From a virus, in IMG/VR virus record IMGVR_UViG_3300010167_000008, positions 1 to 32,394 of that record: DNA of 32,394 bases; one strand, written 5' to 3'. Made by a program: the position numbers and the translations under genes. Of this stretch, positions 31,352-32,394 are shown in pieces (positions within the stretch are counted from its first letter, which is position 1; each line of letters begins with the position of its first letter). The notes under the pieces are model-generated. The model did not search any database, was not told the origin of the DNA, and worked only from the letters and a program-made list of their open reading frames with translations.

Positions 31352-32394
31352 TCAAACAACAAGTTCGCGCATGACAACCATTATGAAAACGTAACGGGCG
31401 GCATCTATGATATTGCGAGCACCCTCGTACACTCCTTCTTTTACTTTATAGTCCTTGAATTCACTTTGAGCATTTTCCCCGCACACATAAATCGTCCACA
31501 ATGCCATTTCCGCAACGCTACTATCAACGTCCATCTTGACTATTGGAACGGTGTACAAATCAAAGTCGGGGTTCTGATGCATATTTAACACACGTGTTCC
31601 ACCTGCCATTGCATTTTCGTACACCATGCAGCGAGCGTCCCGTATGATATTAACTCGCTCCGCTATGACACTATCGGCAACAAATGCCTGATAAAGTTCC
31701 TCCGCAATATAAATTGCTTTGTTGACATAATCGAATTTAACGCTGCAAAGGGCGTTCGGCGCGGTTGTGTCCCCGAAGTCAATACCGAGATACTTGACAA
31801 AGGCATGGCGGTCGAACGTGGCGCGGTCTATGTGGTGTACCTTGTTGAACACCCGCCCGCCGAGTGTTGCGTATTCTCCGAGTATTTCGTTGGCATAACG
31901 TTTGTACTCCGCCGAACCGATTTCGGCATCTTTTCCCTCCTCTTCGATTTTCTTAAACCGTTGCTTTTGCTCGGTAGATAGAAAACTGTTATGCAGGTAG
32001 GAAGTGATTAATGTGTTGGCGGGTGTTTGCAATTTGCGACACCAATGGTCGCTATCTGTCGGGTTCATGTCGCACACTATTTGTCCCTCAACGCCAACCT
32101 CGAGCATTTCATACAGTTCTTTATCAATGCCGTCCAACTCGTTAATATATAACCACTTCATTCGTGTACCTTTGGCGTCTTGCGGTCGGTTGAACGACCT
32201 GAACCGAAATGTCATACGCTTGTAACGTGCGATGTATTCTCCTTCCGCCTGCTTATATTGCGGCGCAATGCCAACAATGCCTGCAAAGTCTTTTATTACT
32301 TTCCCCAAATTTGGAAACGTGTCGCTCGTGATTAACACATCGCCACCGCTGCCATGACTTGCGATTGCAAGGAAACGCCACATGTGCGCAAGTG
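31352..32394 (-). CDS. terL: Terminase large subunit, main part (reading frame continues past the window edge; true 5' end at 124..223 after circular closure; ~380 aa in total)
   Basis: ATPase region continues from the Walker A encoded at the junction; C-terminal nuclease-like region (CDMNPTDSDHW, GIDFGDTT); sits upstream of the portal gene. Confidence 0.85.
   Translation of the reverse strand, partial: LAHMWRFLAIASHGSGGDVLITSDTFPNLGKVIKDFAGIVGIAPQYKQAEGEYIARYKRMTFRFRSFNRPQDAKGTRMKWLYINELDGIDKELYEMLEVGVEGQIVCDMNPTDSDHWCRKLQTPANTLITSYLHNSFLSTEQKQRFKKIEEEGKDAEIGSAEYKRYANEILGEYATLGGRVFNKVHHIDRATFDRHAFVKYLGIDFGDTTAPNALCSVKFDYVNKAIYIAEELYQAFVADSVIAERVNIIRDARCMVYENAMAGGTRVLNMHQNPDFDLYTVPIVKMDVDSSVAEMALWTIYVCGENAQSEFKDYKVKEGVYEGARNIIDAARYVFIMVVMRELVV
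32272..32394. repeat. Terminal overlap, copy 2 (identical to 1..123)
   Basis: Direct comparison of the window ends. Confidence 0.95.

Overview
The window is a complete, circularly closed genome of a tailed dsDNA phage. Bases 1-123 are identical to 32272-32394, which gives a unique length of 32,271 bp. The repeat lies inside the terminase large-subunit gene, so it is an assembly overlap and not a physical end. All convincing genes are on the minus strand; the plus-strand ORFs in the track look like antisense shadows. Many genes are joined by ATGA/TAATG overlaps, and start codons lack Shine-Dalgarno sequences and sit behind A/T-rich leaders. That pattern suggests a Bacteroidota host, but this is inference only. 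In transcription order (descending coordinates) there are three blocks. (i) A replication/recombination block runs 13686->3057: a Spo11/Topo VI-A-like Toprim protein, a DnaN-like protein, a Rad50/SbcC-like ATPase with a CPYC zinc hook, a RecT-like annealase, an MBL-fold hydrolase, an SF3 (D5/P4-type) helicase and a very unusual DNA methyltransferase. (ii) A lysis cassette runs 2761->1148. (iii) The packaging, head, tail and accessory block runs 636->1, wraps to 32394, and continues to 14591: TerS, TerL, portal, HK97-type prohead protease, major capsid protein, tape measure, an AT-rich receptor-binding module and a cluster of small accessory genes. I saw no integrase, repressor, tRNA, CRISPR array, DNA polymerase or primase domain. 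The best candidate for new biology is the 561-aa ORF at 3057..4742. It is a permuted N6/N4 amino-methyltransferase with a complete ACC-deaminase/D-cysteine-desulfhydrase-type PLP enzyme domain inserted between its AdoMet-binding and CPPY catalytic halves, which suggests a DNA modification other than plain methylation. Other notable points: a Spo11-like + Rad50-like + RecT + MBL module with no Mre11/SbcD; two diverged 227-bp AT-rich elements bounded by a perfect 10-bp inverted repeat at the two operon boundaries; a TTATTAAC motif at a near-fixed distance (mostly 17 nt) upstream of eight start codons; and a low-GC host-range island. All family assignments come from reading motifs by eye. No database search or folding calculation was run.
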